From Schizochytrium sp. TIO01 (Eukaryota; Protista; Bigyra: Labyrinthulomycetes): a DNA stretch of 64,000 nt. Made by a program: the position numbers and the translations under genes. The notes under the pieces were generated by a model, which made no database searches, was not told the DNA's origin, and saw nothing but the letters and a program-made list of their open reading frames with translations. Shown here one piece after another: positions 30,625 through 41,613 of this stretch. Numbering within the stretch: the first letter of the stretch is position 1; each line of letters starts with the position of its first letter. The DNA lies in NCBI GenBank assembly GCA_004764695.1, contig SMSO01000031.1:2146436-2210435 (forward strand). Direction: 5' to 3'.

Positions 30625-33138
30625 TTACGGGTGGCTGTGTTGTTGCTGCATAAAATGGCTTGCTGTAGTTGACAAAGGAAAGTCATGTTCATCAGGACCG
30701 AGCTTGCTAAGCCGGTACTCTACAGATTTTGAACGCATGAAGCTGTAGCGATTGTCCCATTCAAATAAGACTTCACCTCGTGAGGGTGCAACGAAGAAAC
30801 CAACATTGGGCCCATCAGAGTCTCGATGGCGTTCAATCGTTGAGATGATTACCACTCCACTTGTACCCTCGGTTTCGCCATTGTGGCCTGTATCATCAGT
30901 GGTGCTAGTTGATGCAGAGTCACAGTCCTCGGCTGGGCGGAACATCGCGGAAAACTGTACATCAAATTTAAGACACATCCATTCCCACGCAACCAGCTGG
31001 CCTGTCTCGGTGATCTGCACGGTGTCACTATGAATGCCGCCTGCGGGCACCGCAACAGTTGCGTACTCCACTTTCTCAGAAGCAGCAGCTACCATTTTCT
31101 TAAGAATATTACTCTTAAACATAATGTAATGGTAAATCCATGACTTACCTTTTTCTGCCGATTCAACTTGACCAAGCGAATGGCGTGCTGCCAAAAGCTG
31201 CCCCCGCTGGTACATATTAAGCGCTCGCAAATAGTGAAGCATGAAAACATAACCTGCCTCCCGGCCTACAGGACTGAGGCTGTCTTCGAAAGCCAAGCCT
31301 CTATCACACCAAACTAAAGCAGGTTCAGCCTGGCCTCGCTCCAAAAGAACCTGTGCAAAGCAAGCACACACGCGAATTAGGTCATCCGGATGAGGCGTAC
31401 GTTCTGACTCATCAGTCTGCAATAGTGAAAGCATTTCTGCAGTGGTTTCTTCTTCCATCCAACGAGTGCAACGCATGCGCCAGATCATGCTCTCAATCAG
31501 ATCCAGCAACGGCCAGGGCTGACGTTGAGTTCCAGCGAACGCATCTACCTCATCAGCATGACTACCATCATACTCATTATACACAGCAAATGCCCAGTCG
31601 TCTTGATGTCCCCAATTGTCTTTCTTCATACTGCGATAGTTTTGTACAAGGCAGAGCATTTCCTCTGCATGTGCCGCAGCTGTGGCTGCATCCATTTCGG
31701 AGAGAGGGTCGAAGTCGTCATGATCGCTATTCTCAATATAGTCGCTATCATGCGCGTCGAGGTGATCTTCATCTGTATTTGCGTCCTCATCGCTATCATC
31801 AAGCAATCCGTCCTCTGCGGCCAGATCGATTTCGTCCTGCAAGACTTCTTCGCGGTGCTTGACATGGGCAAAGACGTGGTAACAGAGCGCACTATAAATT
31901 GCCATAAAGGGGACCATGCTCCTACGGCCCACGCGAACATAGACTTGAAGGCTTTCCTCGAAGCAAGCTGCAGCTTTTGCAAAGTTGAGACGAGTTAGTT
32001 CATACACTCCACGTTTATAGTTCAAAGCCCACTCTAGCGCTTTGAGTTCGCCCGCAAATGGTGCAGCGCGGTCAATGATATGAGTCGCCAGATCTACATT
32101 TTTACGTGTAGCTTCAAAATCAGCCTCGATACCACTGAAGAAAACTGACATCGGGAACTTCTGCCGGGCCCAAGCAAAGATTAAGTCACAGGTTTCATTG
32201 TCATTCTCAGACATAGGCTCGTCGAGAAAACTCTTGGTGTCCACGGTGTAAGCGACCCAAACGAGAGCTGCCCACGGAGCAAAAAGTCCTTCCTCATTCC
32301 AGCAATCTTTAAGCATATCGAGGCCAACGTCGCGGTCGCCTGCAAAGCCACTCAAGAGAGTAGCAGCTTTGAGCATAGATGTTGGCAAGAGGCTCAGTAA
32401 GATATTAAAAATACCTAGCGTAAGTAAAGCGCAAGATCTAACAACCTCGCGTTCTTTGCCCTCATAGTTCATTGCCTGGGTCTGCAAAACTTTGATCCAT
32501 ACCCATGACTTGATTACGTTGAAGACGCCTGAAACAAAAGATCGCTGCAGACATTGCACAACCCCCCCCACGAGGGTGCAGATGCCCCTGACAACACTCT
32601 TTCCAAGCCAATCTGAGTCCTCCGCCGCGAGCTGCTCTGCATACCAAAGGCGTTGTAGACATTCATCAAGTTGGTCGTTAGCTAAAGAGGCAACACCCTT
32701 AATTACCGAGACCAAAGCATACTGGAGAGCAAATGCCCCACGTAAATCACGAGCATTTTTGAATTTCTTTAGCAAAGCCGAGTCACGTTTGTTGCGCATT
32801 CCACTAGAAAAGACAGACTCTGCGCCACCGAAGTCATTGGTAAAGAGCATCGTGGTACCCATCTGCATCTTAGCCATATCCTCTTTCCACATTCTCACAG
32901 CAGAGTCTTCGTCCTCGCCAATTCCCCGTCCAGAGGAAGCTACTTCACTGGAAGATCCTCCTTCTTTCGCAGACCCATCAACAGAATCTTTCTCATTTTC
33001 AAGCAAAAAGTTGTCTCTATTTCCCGCTTCATCTGATTGTTTTCTATCACTATGATCGTTTCTTCGTGGTGCAGTGGGATCCGCAGCGCCAGCCCGACGC
33101 AAGTTCGTCGATGCGTTGTCCATGCCGGCGATACCCAC
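30625..33138 (-). CDS. TTC39/IML2 (DUF3808)-like TPR protein with C-terminal GOLD-like domain
   Basis: 837-aa ORF with LGIFNILLSLLP...LSGFAGDRDVGL (TTC39 motif). C-terminal VAWEWMCLKFDVQFS...GFFVAPSRGEVLFEWDNRYSFMRSKSVEY (GOLD). First ATG is at 33123. Confidence 0.75.
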   Translation of the reverse strand: MGIAGMDNASTNLRRAGAADPTAPRRNDHSDRKQSDEAGNRDNFLLENEKDSVDGSAKEGGSSSEVASSGRGIGEDEDSAVRMWKEDMAKMQMGTTMLFTNDFGGAESVFSSGMRNKRDSALLKKFKNARDLRGAFALQYALVSVIKGVASLANDQLDECLQRLWYAEQLAAEDSDWLGKSVVRGICTLVGGVVQCLQRSFVSGVFNVIKSWVWIKVLQTQAMNYEGKEREVVRSCALLTLGIFNILLSLLPTSMLKAATLLSGFAGDRDVGLDMLKDCWNEEGLFAPWAALVWVAYTVDTKSFLDEPMSENDNETCDLIFAWARQKFPMSVFFSGIEADFEATRKNVDLATHIIDRAAPFAGELKALEWALNYKRGVYELTRLNFAKAAACFEESLQVYVRVGRRSMVPFMAIYSALCYHVFAHVKHREEVLQDEIDLAAEDGLLDDSDEDANTDEDHLDAHDSDYIENSDHDDFDPLSEMDAATAAAHAEEMLCLVQNYRSMKKDNWGHQDDWAFAVYNEYDGSHADEVDAFAGTQRQPWPLLDLIESMIWRMRCTRWMEEETTAEMLSLLQTDESERTPHPDDLIRVCACFAQVLLERGQAEPALVWCDRGLAFEDSLSPVGREAGYVFMLHYLRALNMYQRGQLLAARHSLGQVESAEKGKSWIYHYIMFKSNILKKMVAAASEKVEYATVAVPAGGIHSDTVQITETGQLVAWEWMCLKFDVQFSAMFRPAEDCDSASTSTTDDTGHNGETEGTSGVVIISTIERHRDSDGPNVGFFVAPSRGEVLFEWDNRYSFMRSKSVEYRLSKLGPDEHDFPLSTTASHFMQQQHSHP

Positions 33139-34773
33139 CTTGGTGATCTGCGTAGAACGAGCGCTGATTAAACAAAGAGGATATGCGCCAGCGTGAGGCT
33201 TTCTCTTCAGTCTTCGCGAGGGCGCCTTGCGATGAAGATAATAGCGACAACCACAACAACAGTTATGACAGTGATGATCAGGATGATCGCAGTTTGCATC
33301 AAGAGGGTGAGAGAATTATAGTGATTTGATCTCTTATGATATACCGTAGACATAATAAATATATCTTAGACTTCAAGGTAGGTACTCGTGCTTTTTTCTC
33401 GCCTGCTACTACGAATAAAAATCTTAGTTGTCTTGAGGCGGCTTCTGAAGACATGGCATACGGGCGAGAGGTGAAAGGCAGTGGTATCAGTGCTGTTAAT
33501 TTAGAAAAAAACTAGAAAACTTAGGAAAAGTTAATTAGTAGAGAAGCAAACGCAACATTGATTCTTTTGCGAGGCATTACAACAAATAAACATTTTACTA
33601 ATAAGAAGTAAACCGGCGCCCGAAATGAAGCATCAATTACGCACGTAAGACCACGCTCTAAACAACCAAAAGATCGAGAATCAGCTGAGGGGTTGCCAAA
33701 GGGAAGAAAAAGGGAATTCTTTGATTATTACCTACGTTCTTATATGATTCTTTGGGGAAAGAAAAAGAAAATAATGTGAAACAAGAAACAAAAATCAAAT
33801 TTGTTAATCTTTTTTTCTTTTTAATATAATTGGTTAATGCAAATTATCTCTTCATAGAGAACACCGGCTGGCAGATTCACAAATAAATGTCCCAAGAGAA
33901 CAAGTGCACCCGTGCGTGAGACCTAGACCCTCGTGAGGCACTTGTAAATACAAATAAAGGCGCTGACTGATACCACGTCTCCTCCTATTCTACCACAAAC
34001 ATACTACTTCTCTTTTCCATTGCCCTGGTAGCTCCTTCTTCTTCGCGCGGTTGTCAAAATGGCCCAGCCAAAGGAAGATTGACAAAGGTCTAGTCACTTG
34101 GTATGATGCAGACTACCTGCTTCTCCACAAGAACCTGCAAGGCTCCAATACAAATGTAAGGAAACGAGCCAGGATGCCTTTTCCTAACGTTAATTTTAAT
34201 TTTGCAGGCATACATGAGCAGTGTCCCAGACCAAAGAGCAATACCAGACACAAATGTATAGGGATATGTCTAAACAACAAACATGCTACGAATGGAAAGC
34301 CTAACACAGGATGTCAAATGCGTAGCAATCGCTTGAGTCCATATTGGTTAGATATCATCTCGATGCAATGCCATACTAGCAAAAGTATTTAACCTCCATA
34401 CCGATGGCGTGTGTTTGCAGACAAGCCCAATCAAATAAATCAGCTTCATGTCCAATTCAATCTCCAAATCAGTCCGAGACTAGATAGCATGACCCACATG
34501 ATAAAGGAAATGTATGAGAAAAGGCAAACCACCCAAAGAAAACAGGGGATAACAGGATGTGAAGAGCATAAAGCAGAAAACACGAGAAGAAAAAGTAACA
34601 GTAAGCAACAGCTACTATCATCAGCAAGGTTGTTGCCCATCCAGTATGCATGTGTGATTGCATAGTACGATGTAAAAGTAAGATGGGCAGTTCACAAAAC
34701 CAGCAGACAAGCTTCCAAGAACACGGTCAGAGTCCCAAGCCACATATTTACTCCTGCATGTACGCCTGGTGTT

Positions 34774-36150
34774 TTACTCCTTGGAGAGCTCGTCTGCGCG
34801 GTTTTTGGCGCTAGTAACAGCATTCATGACAGTGGCGCGGAAGTTACCACGCTCAAGCGCCTCGACTCCAGAGATAGTGGTGCCACCCGGGCTGCAGACC
34901 TGGTCCTTGAGTACGCCCGGATGAAGTCCAGACTCCTCGGCCATCATAGCAGCACCCTTGAGCGTCTGAATGGCAAGCTTGAGCGCAACGTTACGAGGGA
35001 GTCCGGCGCGTACACCACCATCGGCCATTGCCTCCATCATGAGGAAGACGTACGCAGGGCCGGAACCAGAGAGACCTGTAACAGCGTTGAGGTCCTTCTC
35101 GAGGCAGGGAAGTGCAACACCGACAGAGTTGAGCAGCTCACCAACGAGCACCATATCCTCCTCCGTAGCGTGTGTGCCCTTGACGTACGCAGAGGCAGCG
35201 GCACCAACACTGCATGGAGTGTTGGGCATGACGCGCACAACGCGGGAGTTGGGAGGGAGCGCCTTCTCCATGGTAGCGAGTGTAACTCCGGCAGCCACAG
35301 ATACCAAAAGCTTGTCCTCAGTGACGTGGGCGGCAATCTCCTGAAGCACGGTGGGCAGCACGTAGGGCTTGACTGAAAGGAAGATAACGTCACTCTGTGA
35401 GACAACGGCAGCGTTCTCCGTGAAGGCTTGGATGCCAAGCTTAGTCATGCGGTCCACAGTCCCTTGCGATTTGCAGCTTCCACACATGCGGTCATGCACA
35501 ACAATTTCCTTGCTAGCAAAACCCACCATGAGTGCTGTGGCCATGCTTCCGCAGCCAATGAAGCCCACGCGGGCGTCGCCAACCTGGAGAACTTTACCGG
35601 GCATCTTGATCTTGCTTGCTTTCACAGACGCCTCCAGAATGTTTGTCTCAACCTCCAGTCGACTTTGTTCTGCCTCGCGAGCTTTGCTCAGCCTCCTCTC
35701 AGCGACCTCGACGGCTTCGCCCTCTTCTTCTTCGTCTAAGTCCGCTGCAGCTGCCACGCACGCGAAGACCTCCGAGCGGCCTGCAAGTCGCTTCTCAAGC
35801 TGCTCCGAGTCTTCGGCCTCCAGATCAACTTCTTCCAGACCTCTGCGCGTTGAACTCGAGAGTGCTCGCAAGCTTGGTGCTCTTGATAGCCTCGACACAA
35901 CCTTCGCTGTCGCTCGTGTCGTACACGTTGGCGTCGCAGAGTTCGGGTTCTGCTGGATGCAGAAAGCGGCAGACCGTAGGCTAGAGGGGCGCCTAGGGAG
36001 GCCTACACTGAGTTGACGGTGGGATGCAGAGCCGCACAAAGCAGATTGCGAGCGACCCAAGGACAACGGAGACGGAAAAGACAAGGAATCGCAGGCCGAC
36101 ACGAAGATATGGGAGCGCAGCGAACGCAGCCTGGTCGAGGGTAGAGACAT
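34774..36150 (-). CDS. proC: Pyrroline-5-carboxylate reductase (core starts at ATG 35604; in-frame upstream extension to ATG 36150)
   Basis: VGFIGCGSMA, FLSVKP, LVSVAAGV, VRVMPNTP, TGLSGSGPAYVF, LKDQVCSPGGTTI. Confidence 0.93.
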   Translation of the reverse strand: MSLPSTRLRSLRSHIFVSACDSLSFPSPLSLGRSQSALCGSASHRQLSVGLPRRPSSLRSAAFCIQQNPNSATPTCTTRATAKVVSRLSRAPSLRALSSSTRRGLEEVDLEAEDSEQLEKRLAGRSEVFACVAAAADLDEEEEGEAVEVAERRLSKAREAEQSRLEVETNILEASVKASKIKMPGKVLQVGDARVGFIGCGSMATALMVGFASKEIVVHDRMCGSCKSQGTVDRMTKLGIQAFTENAAVVSQSDVIFLSVKPYVLPTVLQEIAAHVTEDKLLVSVAAGVTLATMEKALPPNSRVVRVMPNTPCSVGAAASAYVKGTHATEEDMVLVGELLNSVGVALPCLEKDLNAVTGLSGSGPAYVFLMMEAMADGGVRAGLPRNVALKLAIQTLKGAAMMAEESGLHPGVLKDQVCSPGGTTISGVEALERGNFRATVMNAVTSAKNRADELSKE

Positions 36151-36190
36151 CGGGAAGAAGCAGCCCAGTGGTTGCGGGCCAACTTGCAGC

Positions 36191-36253
36191 AATGTAATGC
36201 ACTGTATGTAATGTATTGTAATGTAATGTAATGTAATGCACTGTATTGTAATG
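36191..36253. repeat. Degenerate (AATGT)n pentanucleotide microsatellite
   Basis: aatgtaatgcactgtatgtaatgtattgtaatgtaatgtaatgtaatgcactgtattgtaatg. Confidence 0.9.
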
Positions 36254-37528
36254 AGTGCAAGGCGATGTAATGGAAGGGAGTGGAAGTGAATGGAAGGTAA
36301 TGGCAGAGGCGATGCTTTCTAGCGCTGTAGTACTATGGGAAACAGAGAACTATCTATCGTTGATGGTGGAAGGCAATGGTCGATCATAGAGTTGGGGGAG
36401 TTATTATGGAGTGGTGGCGGATGACAGCTTCAAGTGCAAATAGGCTGCAAGAGAAACCTGTGCAAGAATCAATAACAAGCGTGGACGTGGGAATCATCCT
36501 GCATGGTGCAATGCGTTTGTAGGAACTAACGAAAATATGGTGAGCATAATGAAAGAAGGAGTAGGATCGAGGTTCACGACAAGTGTGAAAGGCATCTTGA
36601 TGAAGTCTGAGTTATAGAATGCGAGAACCGCCTGATTTCATAGAGGTCCAAGTCTCTCTGTGAAACTCTGGACCGATGGCGTTGATCTGCGAGCAGCAGG
36701 CGAAAGGGAAGGACGATGGTGGCAGATGGGTTCAGACACATCTCATGTTCTTTTACATCAAGGTGCCAAAGTAGGTACAGTGGTGATGTGTGCATAAACC
36801 TCTGGCCTCCAAACCAAGTTTTTGTGGCCTTTTGAGCTTTATGCGATGATACGTAACGATGACGATTGTGGTTCATGACCAACAACCAATTCTTGGTGGT
36901 GTAAACGCACGTTTGCTCGGCCAGCAGCATAGTGCGAGGATTACAGAGACTGGACTGGGACAAATCTGAACGCATTCGAGAATGGACATTCAAGGTTTGC
37001 AGAACGACTGGCAGTGATTGAAAGGAGCGTTCACAGAGATCTCCAATAAGTCAAAAGTTGGCCCACAAGTCAACTCTGGCGAAGGAAGTATCCTCGTTTA
37101 CTGGTACCTATCATACTATCCGTGATGACGCTAGGTGTGCAATTGGCGATTGAGACAAGTTTCGGAGCTCGGACTGCGAACAAACAAGCTAACTCGTGGA
37201 CCATTGCGTGGAATGTGTGTCCTTTGTGGGCTGAAGCAAGGCAACTTTTGCGGGCCACAGGAAGATTGCTAGCACAAAAATAAGAGAGACGGCTCATTAA
37301 GACTCGCTCGCCCGCGAGTCGGCGTAATAGATCAATGTTGGAAATACAAGACCGGGGATTAGCAGTTGAACATTGGCTGCAATTATTAAACGACTAGTGC
37401 GCATTCTGGCAGGCGTTGGTTAAAAAAAGGAAAGCGATTATTTTTGTGGAGATCTTTGGAATTAGGGTCCTTCTCTTTTGAGCGCCATTAGCGTAACAGA
37501 AGCAGTGAGATAGGAAGAGGAGGACAAC

Positions 37529-39775
37529 ATGCATCGCGATGGACGAGCGCGTCGTAAATATATGAAATCGCAAACTATATATTCATTGCTACAGTTTTCG
37601 ACGCAGGCAACGCTGCTTGCAGTGCTGCTAGCTATCTCAGTTCTGGGCTCTACGGAGGCACTCCGAACAACAGACTTTGCTGCATCCTTCACGGATAATT
37701 TAGTACTGCAAAGAGCTCCAAGCCGCGCGGTCGTGTATGGCGATCTGCATGAAGATGAAGTTCTCGAGGATCTTTACGTTATTTTGGCAGTGGAAGGTTA
37801 TCCGCAAATGAATGGAGCCAATCCGTCTCGAAACCGAAAAGATGTGCCCCAGACTAGTACTTTCACCAGTGTTGAGCCTGAGGTCATTCAAAACTCTAAT
37901 GGGCGCACTTGGAGAGCAACTCTTCCACCTCAGCGACCACAGGGTGGAGGCAACTTCCAACTCACGCTTGTGACATCTACTGCCGGCAACCTAACTTTGC
38001 ATAACATAACCTTTGGAGATGTGTGGATATGTGCTGGGCAGTCTAACATGGCACTTGTCCTAAAAAATACCTACTCCAGAGATTTTGTTGCACAAAGCCT
38101 GAACGACACGGATATTGTCGGCTCTGATGGCGGCAATTTGCGCATGCTTGCTGTTACAGAAATGAACACTTGGACCCGCTGGGCTGCTGAGGAGCCAAAT
38201 TACATATTACGGACAAAGCCTTTGTCCGCGGGCTGGGTCACACTGCAAGGTACGCCTAGAGCACACCTCGAGGAATTCAGCTCTACTTGTATATATTTCG
38301 GGATTCGGCTTCGCAAATACTTGTCTAAGTCAGAATCAATGAAGGATAAAAATGTGCCTATCGGTCTCATCCACACATCAATTGGAGGAACAATGGTCCA
38401 ATCATGGACACCAGCTGATAAGCTCGGAGCTTGTCAAGATATCTCGTACCCTGAAGATAAACAAGCGAAACTCTATAATGGTCTCGTTGCGCCGTTCATT
38501 AATACGACGATCAAAGGCCACATTTGGTACCAAGGTGAAAATAATGTCTTCGAAACTGCAGGATCCATTGAACAGAAACGAGGATACGCTTGCGCACTTC
38601 AAGTCATGATTAACTCATGGCGCGAAACTTGGTCACTGAAACCGGACACGACATCACCTGACCACCCGTTTGGAGTTTTTACTTTAGCAGCTGGTACAGA
38701 TGAGGGCCATCCAGAGTATATGGCACCGTTCCGGTATGCTCAAATGTCTGTGGCTGCATTTCTGCCAAATGTTTTTTTAGCCCATGGTCATGATCTAGGG
38801 GACCCTTGGACTGATGCCAAGGCCTGTGTCTCAGCTGGTTGCTGTGCACCAGATCCAAATCAATGGCACAACTTCGTTCCTGCAAATCATTGTATATCTG
38901 CTATACCCAAGAATTTACCTTCATATTGGCATGAAGACATTGACGGAGCTTGGCTCTATGGTGGATCTGAGGTTTACATGGGTCTAATTCATCCAAGAAA
39001 TAAACAGCGATTAGTAGAACGAGCTGTTTTGGCCGGGCTGCATACCGCATATCCAACTCTTCTTAAGCTTCCCGGACAAGTAACTTCGCCAAAGGTGAGC
39101 CATTGTCAGTGGCGACTGGACGCCTCTAATCGTGTCCTAGTGCTTGATCTCGAAAGTCTCGAAGACGATGATGATCTTTTTCTAGAATCTGAAAATGATC
39201 GAGTTCTTTCTTCTGCAAATATTGAGTTCTGCGTTGGTAACCAGACTCTATGTGAATGTAGATCGTGGCGCCTTCGGCAAAAGGATTATAACAAGATATC
39301 TGGCGAGCTCCCAGAGTGGTTCTGTGATGATCACCTACAAATACCTAATCCTCACGACATCACCCTGCCCTCAAGGCCTGCTGCTGAGAGTTGGCAGGTT
39401 GATAAATTTCTATATTCTTTATCGCTAGAGAGAGAGTATACGTTACCTACACAGATTATATCACAGGAGTTCAATTTAGATCCTCCTACAAAAAGTCTTT
39501 GGCATGCCGCAGAAGACCTTCTAAAGGGAGATCAACACGGTTCGTTCAAGCTACAAGTACCCTTCAGTATCTCTGGGGAGGTGTATGCCGTTCGTGTTGC
39601 TTGGAGTTCTGATCCATGTTGTGGAAACTCGGCGGCTCGCAGAGGTGGCTTAGTTCCTTGCTTTTTGAATTGTGGCATTTACACCTCGCAGCATCGTCTG
39701 CCTTTGGCTCCATCATTCGTCTCATGCTCTTCATCTTCTGTTCATAAATTAGATGCCATACTAAATCCATCCTAA
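37529..39775 (+). CDS. Sialate O-acetylesterase-like (SASA/SGNH) secreted carbohydrate acetylesterase
   Basis: FTDNLVLQRAP, FGDVWICAGQSNM, FSSTCIYFG, VPIGLIHTSIGGTMVQSW, LYNGLVAPF, WYQGENN and IHPRNKQ, plus a hydrophobic N-terminal signal-like segment. Confidence 0.88.
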   Translation: MHRDGRARRKYMKSQTIYSLLQFSTQATLLAVLLAISVLGSTEALRTTDFAASFTDNLVLQRAPSRAVVYGDLHEDEVLEDLYVILAVEGYPQMNGANPSRNRKDVPQTSTFTSVEPEVIQNSNGRTWRATLPPQRPQGGGNFQLTLVTSTAGNLTLHNITFGDVWICAGQSNMALVLKNTYSRDFVAQSLNDTDIVGSDGGNLRMLAVTEMNTWTRWAAEEPNYILRTKPLSAGWVTLQGTPRAHLEEFSSTCIYFGIRLRKYLSKSESMKDKNVPIGLIHTSIGGTMVQSWTPADKLGACQDISYPEDKQAKLYNGLVAPFINTTIKGHIWYQGENNVFETAGSIEQKRGYACALQVMINSWRETWSLKPDTTSPDHPFGVFTLAAGTDEGHPEYMAPFRYAQMSVAAFLPNVFLAHGHDLGDPWTDAKACVSAGCCAPDPNQWHNFVPANHCISAIPKNLPSYWHEDIDGAWLYGGSEVYMGLIHPRNKQRLVERAVLAGLHTAYPTLLKLPGQVTSPKVSHCQWRLDASNRVLVLDLESLEDDDDLFLESENDRVLSSANIEFCVGNQTLCECRSWRLRQKDYNKISGELPEWFCDDHLQIPNPHDITLPSRPAAESWQVDKFLYSLSLEREYTLPTQIISQEFNLDPPTKSLWHAAEDLLKGDQHGSFKLQVPFSISGEVYAVRVAWSSDPCCGNSAARRGGLVPCFLNCGIYTSQHRLPLAPSFVSCSSSSVHKLDAILNPS

Positions 39776-41035
39776 ACAATTATTTATATTAATCACCACT
39801 GTCATAGCTTGTTAGATTCGCATGCCTTCTGTTGATTCCAGAAGTTGATGGGTTTCCCACGCCAGTCCCATTTTGATTCACCCAAAAATAAATGTTACTG
39901 TTACTTAGGAGCTTGTGGGAACTCTTTGATTGGTTTAGATGCGGTGCTGGTGGGGTTCCCATCCTGTTTCTTGAAGATCAGTAGCCGAATTATCACTTGG
40001 ATACGGAGCAATTTGTTATTAACATGTATGCCACAAAGAACCTTAAAGGTCAAACTGTACGAACTCAAAGGAGCAGCTCGAGTTTTCAATAGCAAAGCTT
40101 CATGCAAAAAGGGACCTGGCGTAGACCACATCTCTCAACCACTGTGGCGACATACGCTCCGTTACCAAGGCAACAACAAAAAAACTAACAGCGAAGATCG
40201 ACAGCTTGAAGCCAACGGGCATCTTAGAACGTACACTCATCAGTTTATTGAATCGGCCTTGCAATCAGCAATGATCAGGACAGAGCGAAACATAGACGCT
40301 CTAAACAAATACCAGTGCACCCATGCCTAGGATGATGGTATCAATACGCTAAACCTAGGTCCGACCAACCTGAAGCATGCCGTGCGTACTAATAGGTACT
40401 ATATTTTGAAGAAGTCTTCTCCCTGAGAAACCCCAAAAGAATTCTCCCTGATCAACCCCGAGTTTCCGACTCCGAATTCCTCCACATCAGCTGACCATTT
40501 GCACCATCCATTTATTAGCTTACTTGCTTTCTTCCTTGCACTCAGGAGATACTGCTGTGCACCTCCAACGAGGTGAAGTGCAAGAGGGTCAAAGAGTATG
40601 CTGACATCGTCTGCGACTTCAACCAAGAACTTGATCAAAAAGTTTCAAGTTGCCGTACCCAGGCACTCCTTCAGCCCAGCAGCCTTGCCTCTCATGAGAG
40701 CTCGTCAAAGTAAGCGAAGAAGCGCCACACACCAACTAGTGCTTGTACCTGCGATGTCGAAGCTTGAGCGTTTGCGATATGGAAGGCGGTATTTCGGAGA
40801 TCAGTTGTGAAGCTGAGCTACTAAGGAGGAGAGGAGAAAAAAGAGAGAACCCAGAGAACGGGAGGAAAGTGCTAGCACATGCTAGTGCACTGGTAGCGGT
40901 TCTTAGTGCATGAGTCTGAGGAGGCATTGAATTGGCCTTCAAGATCGTCAGAAGAGACTTCGGCAAGCACGAGATTGTGTCTAATTTGATCGGCCGCATG
41001 CATGGAGTCTTTGCATAATTTTGCCTCTTTGCTAT

Positions 41036-41061
41036 GGCAGGCAGGCAGGCAGGCAGGCAGG
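41036..41061. repeat. (GGCA)6 microsatellite
   Basis: ggcaggcaggcaggcaggcaggcagg. Confidence 0.9.
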
Positions 41062-41613
41062 TTTCGAGAACTTCTGATTCGAATGTCGGCGCTTAATTGA
41101 ACGTCGAGCTGGCCTCAATTTAGTAATCAACTGATGGAAGCTGGCTACTACAGCTTGGGCTTGCTGGCTGAGGTGTGGTTGAGCGTCAGCGAGCAGGGCT
41201 CGAACCGGGCAACAATAGCTTTCTGTTATCACGACGTTGGCTTTCAGCGAGCACAATGCGCTGAAGCAGAAGACATGCTGGTAGCTACAAGGAATAAGGT
41301 AACTAGGTGGAAAGAAGAGCACATTTCTCAGCAGCTTCCGTGTTCTTCTTGTAGTGCAAAAGATGGAAATGGCACCGCAACTCGAAGCTATACAAGTTCG
41401 TAATGCTTCTGCCAAAAGAAACCAATAGGGCTTGCTGACTTCATTGGTCTGAAGAACAGAATGGCGATGGAATCGATGAAGCAAACCCAAAACCCTGCGA
41501 CGATCAGGTGGTTGCAATTGTCAGCGACCGTGGGGCATCGCTAAAGCTTCGGAGTGCCCGAGTAAAGAAATCCTCCAGATTTGGTTGAGGCATCTAGTTT
41601 GCTGTTGAAAACA

